NCBI GenBank assembly: GCA_963726335.1
Contig: CAVSCD010000015.1
Location: forward strand, 203,790 to 267,789
DNA length: 64,000 nucleotides
Direction: 5' to 3'
From: Candidatus Aminicenantes bacterium
GTDB lineage: Bacteria > Acidobacteriota > Aminicenantia > Aminicenantales > UBA8522
Shown here piece by piece: positions 18,065-26,997 of this stretch. The notes beneath the pieces are model-generated. The model was not told the DNA's origin. It worked only from the letters and a program-made list of their open reading frames with translations, and did no database searches. Position 1 is the stretch's first letter; each line of letters opens with the position of its first letter. Position numbers and translations under genes: made by a program.

Positions 18065-20129
18065 CTATGAATGGTTCTGGAAGTCCGTTTTCAGCGTGAT
18101 GAAATCGTCCTGCCGGACCCGCGACCATTGGTATGGGACCGTGACGCCGTCGCGGAGGACTTCAAGCTGAGTGCGGTCCGCGTCCGTCCCCGCGAGGCCG
18201 AACACGCTCCAGGGGATCAACATCTTGACCGTGCCCGGGCGCGGATCATTGCTGTTGAACCGGAAGACGATCTTGCTCTCGGACGCGTCCGGCTGATAAT
18301 CATAGGCGGCGAAAATGTCCGCGGCGGGAAAATAGAGGTGCACTTGGGCGGGGGCTTCGCCCAATTTTGGGGCCAGGTCGAGTCCGTTCTCCGATAGCCG
18401 GAGGCCGAAATAACCCTCGTAAAGCGCCCGGGCCAGGCTGCCGGCGCTGCCTCCGTAGTAATCGCTGCCGCGGCCCGACCCCTCGCGCGTGTCCCATTCG
18501 TAGAAGCCTCCGTTGGCGACGTCCTTCCTGATGATCTCCAGGAGTTTTTCCAGGGCGTCGCGGCTGAAACCGTTCTCGAACATGGCCAGGATCAGGCGGC
18601 CTCCGAACCAATCCCACTGTCCGCCGTTCTGGTATTCGTAAGGGCTGGTCCATCTGCGGATGCCTGAAGAACCCCGCGGGGTAGGGGGGGAGCATGGCGC
18701 CGCCGACCGTCGAGACGCCGAAGCGCGACTGCCTGGAGACTGCCTCGGCGATGATCTTTTGCGCCTGCCGCCCGTCCGCAAGTCCTGATATCGCGGCCTG
18801 GGCATTCCCGCCCATGGCGAACATGTCATCCTCGTCGAGATCGTGGCGCCAGTCGTCGAGGTGGATATGGACCCTAAAGAAGCCCCTGTCATCCTGCCAA
18901 AGATGGCGGTTCGTCGCGGCCTGAAGGTCCTTGGCTGTTTTTTCCCAGGAATCCGCCGCGGTGCCTCGTCCCAGCGAACGGAGCATCACGGCCATCTCGC
19001 GGCTGGCCTCGTAGGCCATGGCCTGATCGTAGATATCCGCCGTCCAGCGCGTTTTTCCGTCCACATAGATCGCCTGCTGGTCGGCGTCCTCGGAGTCCAC
19101 ATCGCCCCAGTCCGCCGTGTGGGCACCCGTCAGCAGACCATGGTCCGCGCTGAACCTCCGGGCGAACGGGAACCGCAGGGCCCGCTCCAGCCTGTCGATG
19201 ACCGGTTCTCCGGCGACCGGCTTCAGCAGCCAGTCCTTGCCCCTGTCGCCCTTGAGCACGAACGTCTGGAAAGCGGCCTGGACGGCGCTTGTCTCCTGGT
19301 CGGTTTCCACGGTGTTTTTATCGCTCCGGCCCCGCGGGTCGATCCAGTCCTCGAGCGCGCCGTCGGCTTTCTGGAAGGCGAGGTGCTCTTCGATCCATGA
19401 CGAGAGAAACGCTTCGGGGTAATAGTATCGCGAGGCCGGGATGATGGTCGCGGCGTCCCGGAGCCAGATCTGGGGGTAGCCGGCACCGGCGGCGAACCCG
19501 TCGATCTTCCCGGCCCTGCCGGCGAATTCGACCTCGTTGTGATGAAGCGTCAGGCGGATGAGCTTCCGGAGCGCCTCGAGCTCGGGCCTGGCCGAAAGGA
19601 AATTCGAATGGCGGCCGTAGTCAAGGCCGGGCGGGATCCCGTCCTCCGGCCAGGCGCGTTCGCCGCCGATAAGGGGGACCTCGACCGTCGCCCCTCCCTT
19701 GTCTTTGAACCAGAATTGGCCTTCGCGGAGCAGGTCGAATTCCACGCGGTATTCCCCGGCGGCGAGCGGCGCTTTGACGCGGACGCCGACCTCGGCGGTC
19801 TCCCCCGGACGGATAATCCCGGGAAGCTGAGTCCTCGGGTTGTCGAACCTCAGGACGCTTCCGTCCGCAGCCAGCAGATGGAAGGACACGAACGTCGGGT
19901 TCGGTCCCGACATAGTCCACTCCGACCGGCCCCGGTTCTTGATACGGAGCGTCACCTGTGCGGTTTCCCCGGCATACGCCCGGATCTCCCGGACATCGGC
20001 CTTGATGGCCGCCGAATATTCCTTGGCCTGTGAACAGGCCCCGGCCAGAACGATCAGGACGGTCGTCACGAGGGCAACCAGCCGGCATTCAGTTCCGGCG
20101 CGATCCAGGCGGGGGCGGGCCTTTCCCAT
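18065..20129 (-). CDS. secreted/lipoprotein-like six-hairpin glycoside-hydrolase-like protein with an N-terminal Ig-like domain; one frameshift as assembled
   Basis: N-terminal signal with LAGAC. Motifs GYPQIWLRDAA and, in the second ORF (18065..18892), YEYQNGGQWDWFGG are typical of (alpha/alpha)6 glucosidase/debranching-type folds. The frames switch somewhere in 18630..18690, a region that contains a G7 run at 18684..18690. Confidence 0.5.
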
Positions 20130-20135
20130 GGGCCC

Positions 20136-21122
20136 TCAGCAGATGCGGGGGAGAAGCTCGGAGGTCAAAGGCTCGAGGAGCCTCAGCCCGCCCGTGACCG
20201 TCGCCAGCAGCAGCTCTCCCGGCCGGCCGATGCGGTCGTCCACCCGGCCGATGACGGCCGCCCGCCTGCCTTGCGGGCTCCTGCGGATATCCCTCAAGAT
20301 CTTCTCGGCTCTGCCCGCGGGGACGGCGACGACCGCCCGGCCTTCGCAGGCGAGGAACAGGGGGTCGATGCCCAGGATCTCGGACGCTCCCCGCACGGTC
20401 CGGGAGAGCGGGATCTTGTCTTCTTCGATGACCAGCGGATGGGCGAGCCCTTCGGCGAGCTCGGAGAGGATGGTCGCCAGCCCGCCGCGGGTGATGTCCC
20501 GCATCCAGAGCGCTCCCGATTTCCAGATGGGCAGGAGATAATTAAGGGGCGCGCAGTCGCTCCGAACCCGTCCTTCGAGCCCGAACTCATGGCGGGCGAG
20601 CATCACGGCGAGGCTGTGTTCTCCGAGTGTCCCGGTGAGGATGATCCTGTCTCCGGGCCGGAGGCGGCCGGGCCGCGGGGTCGCGATGACCTTGCCGATG
20701 CCCGAGGTGTTGACGTAGAGTTTATCCGCCTGGCCCCGCCGGACGACCTTAGTGTCGCCGGTGACCACCTGGACGCCCGCCGCCCGCGCCGCCCGGCGCA
20801 CCGACCTCAAGACCCTGGACAGGTCGTCCCACGGCAGTCCCTCTTCGATGATCAGGCCGAGCGAGAGGTGCCGGGGTTCCGCGCCCGAGACGACGAGATC
20901 GTTGACCGTGCCGTTGACGGCCAGCGTTCCGATGTCCCCGCCCGGGAAAAAGATCGGGTCGACGACATAGCTGTCCGTGGTGAAAGCGATCCCCGAAGGA
21001 AGATGGCTGGCATCGCCCAGCCTCTCGAGGCAGCGATTCCTGAACGCCGGCACGATGTGGCGGGCGATGAAATCCCGCATCAGCTTGCCGCCGCTTCCGA
21101 GCTCCAGGCTAATCTTATCCAT
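20136..21122 (-). CDS. hypE: [NiFe]-hydrogenase maturation protein HypE
   Basis: Starts MDKISLELGSGGK and ends with the HypE C-terminal PRIC motif. The ATG at 21122 overlaps the hypD stop (ATGGATAA). Confidence 0.9.
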   Translation of the reverse strand: MDKISLELGSGGKLMRDFIARHIVPAFRNRCLERLGDASHLPSGIAFTTDSYVVDPIFFPGGDIGTLAVNGTVNDLVVSGAEPRHLSLGLIIEEGLPWDDLSRVLRSVRRAARAAGVQVVTGDTKVVRRGQADKLYVNTSGIGKVIATPRPGRLRPGDRIILTGTLGEHSLAVMLARHEFGLEGRVRSDCAPLNYLLPIWKSGALWMRDITRGGLATILSELAEGLAHPLVIEEDKIPLSRTVRGASEILGIDPLFLACEGRAVVAVPAGRAEKILRDIRRSPQGRRAAVIGRVDDRIGRPGELLLATVTGGLRLLEPLTSELLPRIC

Positions 21123-22221
21123 GCCCGCCCCGCCCATACTTGAAGTGAATGTAGCACGCGCCTTCGAACGATACCATGCACGGCCCGAACGGCGCATCCG
21201 GACGGCACTTCCCGGCGAACAGGCTGCAACGGGGAGGGGAGACGAGTCCCCTCAAGACCTCGCCGCAGCGGCAGCCGGGCAGGTCGCCGCTTCCGGGCTC
21301 GATGCGCAGGCCGTGCCTGACGCGGGCGTCGAACCGCCGGTAAGGCTCGCGGAGCTCCAGGCCGCTTTGAGGGATCATGCCCAAACCCCGCCAGCAGGCG
21401 TCCACCGGCGCGAGGATCCTGTCCATGGCGTCGAGCGCGCGGATGTTGCCGTCGGGGTCGACGGCCCTCCCGTATTCAAGGTGCACCCGGGGCTTTGCTT
21501 CCCGGAGCTGGTCGAGCACCGCGGAGATCCCGAGCAGGATGTCGTTCGGCTCGAAGCCGGCGACAGCGCCCGGCACGCCGTATTCCTCGGCGATGAACCG
21601 GTACGGCCGGGTGCCGATGATGGCGCTCACATGCCCGGGGTAAAGGAAGCCGTTGACCGTGGTCTCCCCGGCGTCGAGGATCCACCGGAGCGCGGGCGGG
21701 ATGAGCCAGAGCGCCGCCAGCACCGAGAAATTCTCCAAACCCTCGTTCCTCGCCTTCTCCACGGTCAGGGCGATCCCGGGGATCGTCGTCTCGAACCCGA
21801 CGCCGAAGAAAACGACGTCCTTGCCCGGTTCGGCCCGGGCGATCTCGACCGATTCCTCGGGCGAGTAGACGAGCTTGAGGCGGGAGGAGGGAGCGGGCAC
21901 CGCCGTCTGCAGGGAGCCTTTCCGGGTGGGGACGCGCGTCATGTCCCCGAAGGAGGTCAGGATGAGGTTTTCCTTCCCGGTCAGGAGATCCAGGCAGGCC
22001 TCGTGGACTTCATTGGGAGTGATGCAGACCGGGCAACCGGGCCCGGAAACCATGTCCACGCCCGCCTCGTCGAGAAGCGGCTTGAGCCCGTACCGGTGGA
22101 TGGTCATGGTGTGGGTGCCGCAGACTTCCATCAGCCGGACGCTCCGGCCCAAGGCCCGGACTTTCCCTTCGATATCCCGGACGAGCGCCCGGGTCACCGT
22201 CTTGTCCCGGAGCTCTTTCAT
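21115..22221 (-). CDS. hypD: [NiFe]-hydrogenase maturation protein HypD
   Basis: 368 aa with CGTHT and GPGCPVC motifs. Confidence 0.9.
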   Translation of the reverse strand: MKELRDKTVTRALVRDIEGKVRALGRSVRLMEVCGTHTMTIHRYGLKPLLDEAGVDMVSGPGCPVCITPNEVHEACLDLLTGKENLILTSFGDMTRVPTRKGSLQTAVPAPSSRLKLVYSPEESVEIARAEPGKDVVFFGVGFETTIPGIALTVEKARNEGLENFSVLAALWLIPPALRWILDAGETTVNGFLYPGHVSAIIGTRPYRFIAEEYGVPGAVAGFEPNDILLGISAVLDQLREAKPRVHLEYGRAVDPDGNIRALDAMDRILAPVDACWRGLGMIPQSGLELREPYRRFDARVRHGLRIEPGSGDLPGCRCGEVLRGLVSPPRCSLFAGKCRPDAPFGPCMVSFEGACYIHFKYGRGGHG

Positions 22222-22235
22222 CGGTCGGGCGCCCT

Positions 22236-22463
22236 CTATTCTCCCTGAGCTTCGGTGATCTCCCGGAGCAGGGCGAGGGTCTCTTGGGCCTCTTCTTCAT
22301 TCAGCCTGGAGATGGCGAACCCGGCATGGACGATCACCCAGTCGCCCAGCCGGACGTTCTCGAGCAGGGAGAAATTGACCCGGACTTTGGTGCCGAGGTA
22401 GTCGACTTTGCCCGTGCCCTCGGGAGTGACTTGGATGACCTTCGCCGGTATGCCTAAACACAT
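22236..22463 (-). CDS. hypC: [NiFe]-hydrogenase maturation chaperone HypC/HupF
   Basis: 75 aa beginning MCLGIPAKV, the conserved N-terminal Cys2 motif. Confidence 0.9.
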   Translation of the reverse strand: MCLGIPAKVIQVTPEGTGKVDYLGTKVRVNFSLLENVRLGDWVIVHAGFAISRLNEEEAQETLALLREITEAQGE

Positions 22464-22539
22464 GATGGGATCGTCGTCCTTTCGTCACTCTATCCTACCA
22501 AATCGCCCTCCCCCCGTCCACCTTGGGCTGCCGAGATCA

Positions 22540-22829
22540 GGGGGAATGGGCTGCCACCCCGCGGCCTCGGCTCCCATTCGGGTTCTTAACGCCGTTTCCG
22601 TCAACGCCCTTCTCGGCGGCTGCGTAACTCGCGCGTCAGATCGCACTCGCGCACAACGAGAATTCTCTTTTTTCCCCAGTGGGGTTTCCGTTTTATCGTT
22701 GCGAGCTCAATACATACTCGCCGCCCGAAACCCGGGGTCCCCTCGAAGGACATTTCGGAAAGGCTGAACCCTCAAGGTCGCCGAGGCCGGGGGTGGCAGC
22801 CCATACCCCCTTGCACGGGCTGGTTTTTT
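22540..22829 (+). repeat. interspersed intergenic element, copy A2 (best-defined copy)
   Basis: Arms GGGGGAATGGGCTGCCACCCCGCGGCCTCGGC (22540..22571) and GCCGAGGCCGGGGGTGGCAGCCCATACCCCC (22780..22810) are complementary. A second hairpin, CAGCCC (22797..22802) / GGGCTG (22817..22822), is followed by T6 (22824..22829). Confidence 0.8.
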
Positions 22830-22856
22830 GACTTATTCAGGGGTGGCTTCTATAAT
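22828..22856 (+). promoter_or_regulatory. near-consensus sigma70 promoter of uppS; predicts a leaderless mRNA
   Basis: TTGACT (22828..22833), 17-nt spacer, TATAAT (22851..22856). The uppS ATG is at 22863, 7 nt after the -10 box, with no Shine-Dalgarno sequence in between. Confidence 0.6.
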
Positions 22857-22862
22857 GACGTA

Positions 22863-23648
22863 ATGCCGATCGATCTCGAGGGTTTTGTCTCCCCGGGCAG
22901 CGAAGAAGAGGCGCTTCTCCGCCAGGTCGACTTCTCCGTTCTCCCCAAACATGTCGCCGTCATCATGGACGGGAACGGACGCTGGGCCGAACGGCGGCAC
23001 ATGCCCCGGATCGAGGGCCATCGTGCCGCGTCCAAGGCGGTTCAGGATACCGTCGAATCCTGCGCCCGGCTCGGCGTCGAGTACCTGACGCTTTTTGCCT
23101 TCTCGAAGGAGAACTGGAAGCGGCCGAAAACCGAGGTTTCTCTGCTCTGGAAGCTCCTCGAGGAATATCTCCGGAGAGAATATAAAGAGTTGATAAAGAA
23201 TAGGTTCCGGTTGAAAGTGATCGGTCAGCGGGAGGCCATTCCGCAATCCACCGAACGCGAGCTCCGCCGGGTCGAAGGCCTGACCGCCGGGTTCGACCGT
23301 TTGACCGTCGTTTTGGCGCTCAACTACGGCGGCCGGGCCGAGATCGTCGACGCGGTCAAGAAGATCCTCCAAGAGGGAGGGACCGGTCCCGAAGGGCTCG
23401 ATGAAACCGCCTTTTCGAAGTACCTTTACACCGCCGCCATCCCCGACCCCGACCTCCTCATCCGGACGAGCGGCGAGCGTCGCGTCTCTAACTTCCTCCT
23501 CTGGCAGATCGCCTATGCGGAGATCTGGATCACGCCCGTCCTGTGGCCGGATTTCCGGCGCAAGCATTTTCTCGAGGCCCTGGTCGATTATCAGAAGAGA
23601 GAAAGGAGGTTCGGCGCCGTTCATGCCCAGCCGCCGGAGAACTCTTAG
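22863..23648 (+). CDS. uppS: undecaprenyl-diphosphate synthase (isoprenyl transferase)
   Basis: HVAVIMDGNGRWA and the ERRVSNFLLWQIAYAE motif. Confidence 0.9.
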   Translation: MPIDLEGFVSPGSEEEALLRQVDFSVLPKHVAVIMDGNGRWAERRHMPRIEGHRAASKAVQDTVESCARLGVEYLTLFAFSKENWKRPKTEVSLLWKLLEEYLRREYKELIKNRFRLKVIGQREAIPQSTERELRRVEGLTAGFDRLTVVLALNYGGRAEIVDAVKKILQEGGTGPEGLDETAFSKYLYTAAIPDPDLLIRTSGERRVSNFLLWQIAYAEIWITPVLWPDFRRKHFLEALVDYQKRERRFGAVHAQPPENS

Positions 23649-23684
23649 TCCCCGGGCCATCTTACGGCGGCGCCTGCGCCCGAA

Positions 23685-24488
23685 ATGAAAAAACGAGTCC
23701 CCACGGCTATAGTGCTCATCGGCCTCTTCTTCCTGCTCATCCAGTACGGCTCCAGGACGGTGATGTTCGTGGTCTTGCAGGCCGTCATCCTGGCGGCGCT
23801 TTTCGAGTTCTACGCGCTGGCCGAAAAAAAAGGGCTCCACCCCCGGTCCTATCTCGGCGCCGTGCTGTCGGTCCTCCTCGGTCTGGCGTTTTTCCGGCAG
23901 GATGCCGTGCCGCTCGGCCTGGCCGTTTTCGCCGTCATTTTTCTCACCGGAGTTTACTACCTGTTCACCTTCAGGCGCGTGGAGCAGCTGCCGTATTTCA
24001 GCCAATCCATCGCCGTCACCTTTTTCGGCGTTCTCTACCTGAGCTTCACCCTCAACCATATCTTCCTCCTGAGGTTTGAACGGGGGGCGTATTTTGTCTA
24101 TTTCCTGTGCGCCGTCATCCTTCTCGGCGACACGGGAGCGTACTGGATCGGCGCGCTCCTGGGCCGTCACAAGATGGCGCCGCTCGCCAGTCCGAATAAA
24201 ACCTGGGAGGGTTGCGCCGGAGGGATCCTGTTCGGTGTGCTGGGCGCCTGGGCCGCCTGGGCCCTGATGTTCAGGGACGTCAATCTCTGGCTGGCGCTCG
24301 GCACCGGGGCGGTCGTCCACGCCGTCGCCCAGATGAGCGACCCTCTGGAATCCCTTTTCAAGCGGGCCGTCGGGGTCAAGGACTCGTCCAACATCCTGCC
24401 CGGCCACGGAGGGTTCCTGGACCGGTTTGACAGCTTCCTCCTGGCCGGCCCGTTCTTCTATTATTTGCTCCGATACTTCTGGAAATGA
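23685..24488 (+). CDS. cdsA: phosphatidate cytidylyltransferase
   Basis: 267-aa polytopic membrane protein with the C-terminal SxxKRxxxxKD..xxxPGHGGxxDRxD signature (FKRAVGVKDSSNILPGHGGFLDRFDS). Confidence 0.85.
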   Translation: MKKRVPTAIVLIGLFFLLIQYGSRTVMFVVLQAVILAALFEFYALAEKKGLHPRSYLGAVLSVLLGLAFFRQDAVPLGLAVFAVIFLTGVYYLFTFRRVEQLPYFSQSIAVTFFGVLYLSFTLNHIFLLRFERGAYFVYFLCAVILLGDTGAYWIGALLGRHKMAPLASPNKTWEGCAGGILFGVLGAWAAWALMFRDVNLWLALGTGAVVHAVAQMSDPLESLFKRAVGVKDSSNILPGHGGFLDRFDSFLLAGPFFYYLLRYFWK

Positions 24489-25642
24489 AGACGCTGGCGG
24501 TCCTCGGGTCCACGGGTTCGATCGGCGTGAACACGCTCGAGCTGGCGGACAGGCTCCGGGAGAGGTTCCGAGTCGTCGGGCTCGCCGCCGGCACGAACAC
24601 GTCTCTGCTCGCCGACCAGATGAGAAGGTTCAACCCCGAGATCGTTTCCGTCCAGACCCGGGAAGCCGCCGAAACCCTGCGGCAGCGCCTGCCCGGTTTC
24701 GCCGGCCGCATCCTCTTCGGCCCGGAAGGCGCCGAGGAAGTCGCCGGCTCCCCGGATAACGACATTGTCGTCTCCGCCATCACCGGGATCGACGGGTTGC
24801 GGCCGACCCTCGCCGCCGTCCGCGCGGGCGGGCGGGTCGCCCTGGCCAACAAGGAATCGCTGGTCGTCGCCGGCGCGCTGCTCCAGGCCGAGGCGTCATC
24901 GAGCGGGGCCGAGATCATCCCGGTTGACAGCGAGCACAGCGGCGTCTTCCAGTGCCTGGCCAAGGAGCCGAGGGCGGGCGTCCGCCGTGTCATCCTGACC
25001 GCCTCGGGCGGGCCGTTCTTCAGGACGCCGGTCTCGGAGATCGGGGCGAAAACGGTTGAAGAGGCGCTGCGGCACCCGCGGTGGAAGATGGGAAAGAAAG
25101 TGACCATCGACTCGGCGACCCTGATGAACAAGGGGTTCGAGCTCATCGAGGCCCGCTGGCTGTTCGGGCTGGCGCCCGCCGAGCTGGGCGTGCTGATCCA
25201 TCCCCAGAGCATCGTCCATTCACTGGTCGAGATGCGCGACGGCTCGGTGCTGGCCCAGCTGAGCGTCACCGACATGAAGATCCCGATCCAGTTCGCCCTG
25301 ACCTATCCCGAGAGGGAAGCCGGCCCGTTGCCGCCCCTCGACCTGGGACGGGTCCGGGAGCTTGAATTCTACGAAGTGGATGAGGGCCGCTACCCGCTGA
25401 TGCGCCTCGCCCGGCTGGCCCTGGATACCGACCGGTCACTGCCGGTGGCCCTGAACGCCGCCAACGAAGTCGCCGTCGCGGGCTTTCTCGGCGGCCGCCT
25501 GCCGTTCTCCGGGATCGTCGAGGCGGTCAGCCGGGCCATGGAAGGGCATCGCGTCGTCGATGTCCGAAGTCTGGAAGATATCAGCCAGGTCGACCGGGAG
25601 GTCCGGGCGCAGACCAGCCAATTCATCGCGGAAAGGGTGTAA
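24485..25642 (+). CDS. dxr: 1-deoxy-D-xylulose-5-phosphate reductoisomerase
   Basis: LGSTGSIG NADPH motif, LANKESLV, full length. ATGA overlap with cdsA. Confidence 0.9.
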   Translation: MKTLAVLGSTGSIGVNTLELADRLRERFRVVGLAAGTNTSLLADQMRRFNPEIVSVQTREAAETLRQRLPGFAGRILFGPEGAEEVAGSPDNDIVVSAITGIDGLRPTLAAVRAGGRVALANKESLVVAGALLQAEASSSGAEIIPVDSEHSGVFQCLAKEPRAGVRRVILTASGGPFFRTPVSEIGAKTVEEALRHPRWKMGKKVTIDSATLMNKGFELIEARWLFGLAPAELGVLIHPQSIVHSLVEMRDGSVLAQLSVTDMKIPIQFALTYPEREAGPLPPLDLGRVRELEFYEVDEGRYPLMRLARLALDTDRSLPVALNAANEVAVAGFLGGRLPFSGIVEAVSRAMEGHRVVDVRSLEDISQVDREVRAQTSQFIAERV

Positions 25643-25643
25643 T

Positions 25644-26985
25644 ATGGGAAATCTCCTCGGCACGCTGCTGGCCTTTTTCATCGTCTTCGGGATCCTCGTC
25701 TTCATCCACGAGTTCGGGCACTTTTTCACGGCCAAGCTTGTGGGCATCCGCGTCGAGACATTCTCCTTCGGCTACGGCAAGCGTTTGTTCGGCATCCGCG
25801 GGAAGGAGACCGATTATCGGATCAGCCTGATCCCGATGGGAGGCTACGTCAAGTTCCTGGGCGAGGGCGAGCTGTCCGCCGAGGGCGGTCAAGCCGGCTC
25901 TCCCGGCCGACCATTTCCTGGCCAAGACGCGCTGGCAGCGCTTCCTGGTGATGGTCATGGGCTCGGTGATGAACCTCATCCTGGCCGTGGTCCTCATCGC
26001 CATCGTCGGGATGGTGGGTGTGACCGTGCCGGGCTACCAGGAGGAGACGCCGGTCATCGGCTGGATCGAACCGGGCTCGCCCGCCGAGAGGTCCGGGTTC
26101 AATCTCGGGGACGCGATCCTGAGCGTCGACGGCGAGAAGGTCGCGACCTGGGGAGACGTCGAGATGGCCGTCGGCACGAAGCCCGACCGGGACGTCTTCG
26201 TGGAGGTCCGGCGAGGCGGCGAGACGCTGCGGATCGGCATGCGGACCGAAAAGAAGACCCGCTACGCGCTGGGCTACGCCGGGTTCACGGGCGTCATCCT
26301 CACCCAGGTCAGGATGGTGAAGCCGGGCTCGGCGGCGGAAAAGGCCGGCCTGGAAACCGGGGACATCATCCGGGCCATCGACGGGAAGCCCGTCACCTTC
26401 TACGAGTTCGTCCAGGTGATCGAGAAGAACCCGGACCGGCCGCTCACGCTCGAGGTCGAGAGGCAGGGCCGACCGCTTTCCCTGACGGCCACGCCCCGCC
26501 TCGAAGGCAGCGTCGGCCGGATCGGCATCTACCAGGAGCCGCAAACGGTCATGAGAAAGTACGGATTTTTCGCGGCTTTTGGGCAGAGCCTTAAAGAAAA
26601 CGCCAAGAATACGTTCCTGATCATCCGGTTCATCAAGGACCTGTTCGTGGGGCGGGCCTCGACGCAACAGCTCGGCGGCCCCATTGACATCGCGAACTTC
26701 TCCTACGCCGCCCTGAAGATGGGTTTCCTGGCCATGCTGGGCTGGATCGGGCTGATCAGCCTCCAGCTCGGCGTCATCAACCTCTTTCCCATCCCGGTCT
26801 TTGACGGCGGCCAGATCTTCGTGCTGGCCGTCGAGGCCATCATCCGGCGGGACCTGGGCCCCAAGGTCCGCCAGGTCTGGATGCAGATCGGGTTCGTCAT
26901 CTTCGTGCTGCTCATCGTCTTTGTCATCCTGAACGATATCATCAAGAGGCTGCCGGCCGGCTGGCAGAGCCTCGTTCCATGGTAA
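25644..26985 (+). CDS. rseP: RIP site-2 zinc metalloprotease RseP; one frameshift as assembled
   Basis: HEFGHF at the N-terminus (ORF 25560.., real ATG at 25644). The PDZ region and the C-terminal LNLFPIPVFDGG motif lie in ORF 25948..26985. The second frame is already readable from about 25891 (KPALPADHFLAKTRWQRFLV), which places the shift near 25883..25890. Confidence 0.85.
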
Positions 26986-26997
26986 TATAGCTTCGTC

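Noticed and set aside
17605-18099. ORFs running through the repeat elements (17605..18099, 22408..22767, 37805..38050, 37970..38188, 40513..40920, 40688..40915)
   Set aside because: Homologous repeat copies are crossed in different frames and on different strands. The indels between copies are not multiples of three, and the translations are R/P/G-rich. The conservation is at the nucleotide and pairing level, not the protein level.
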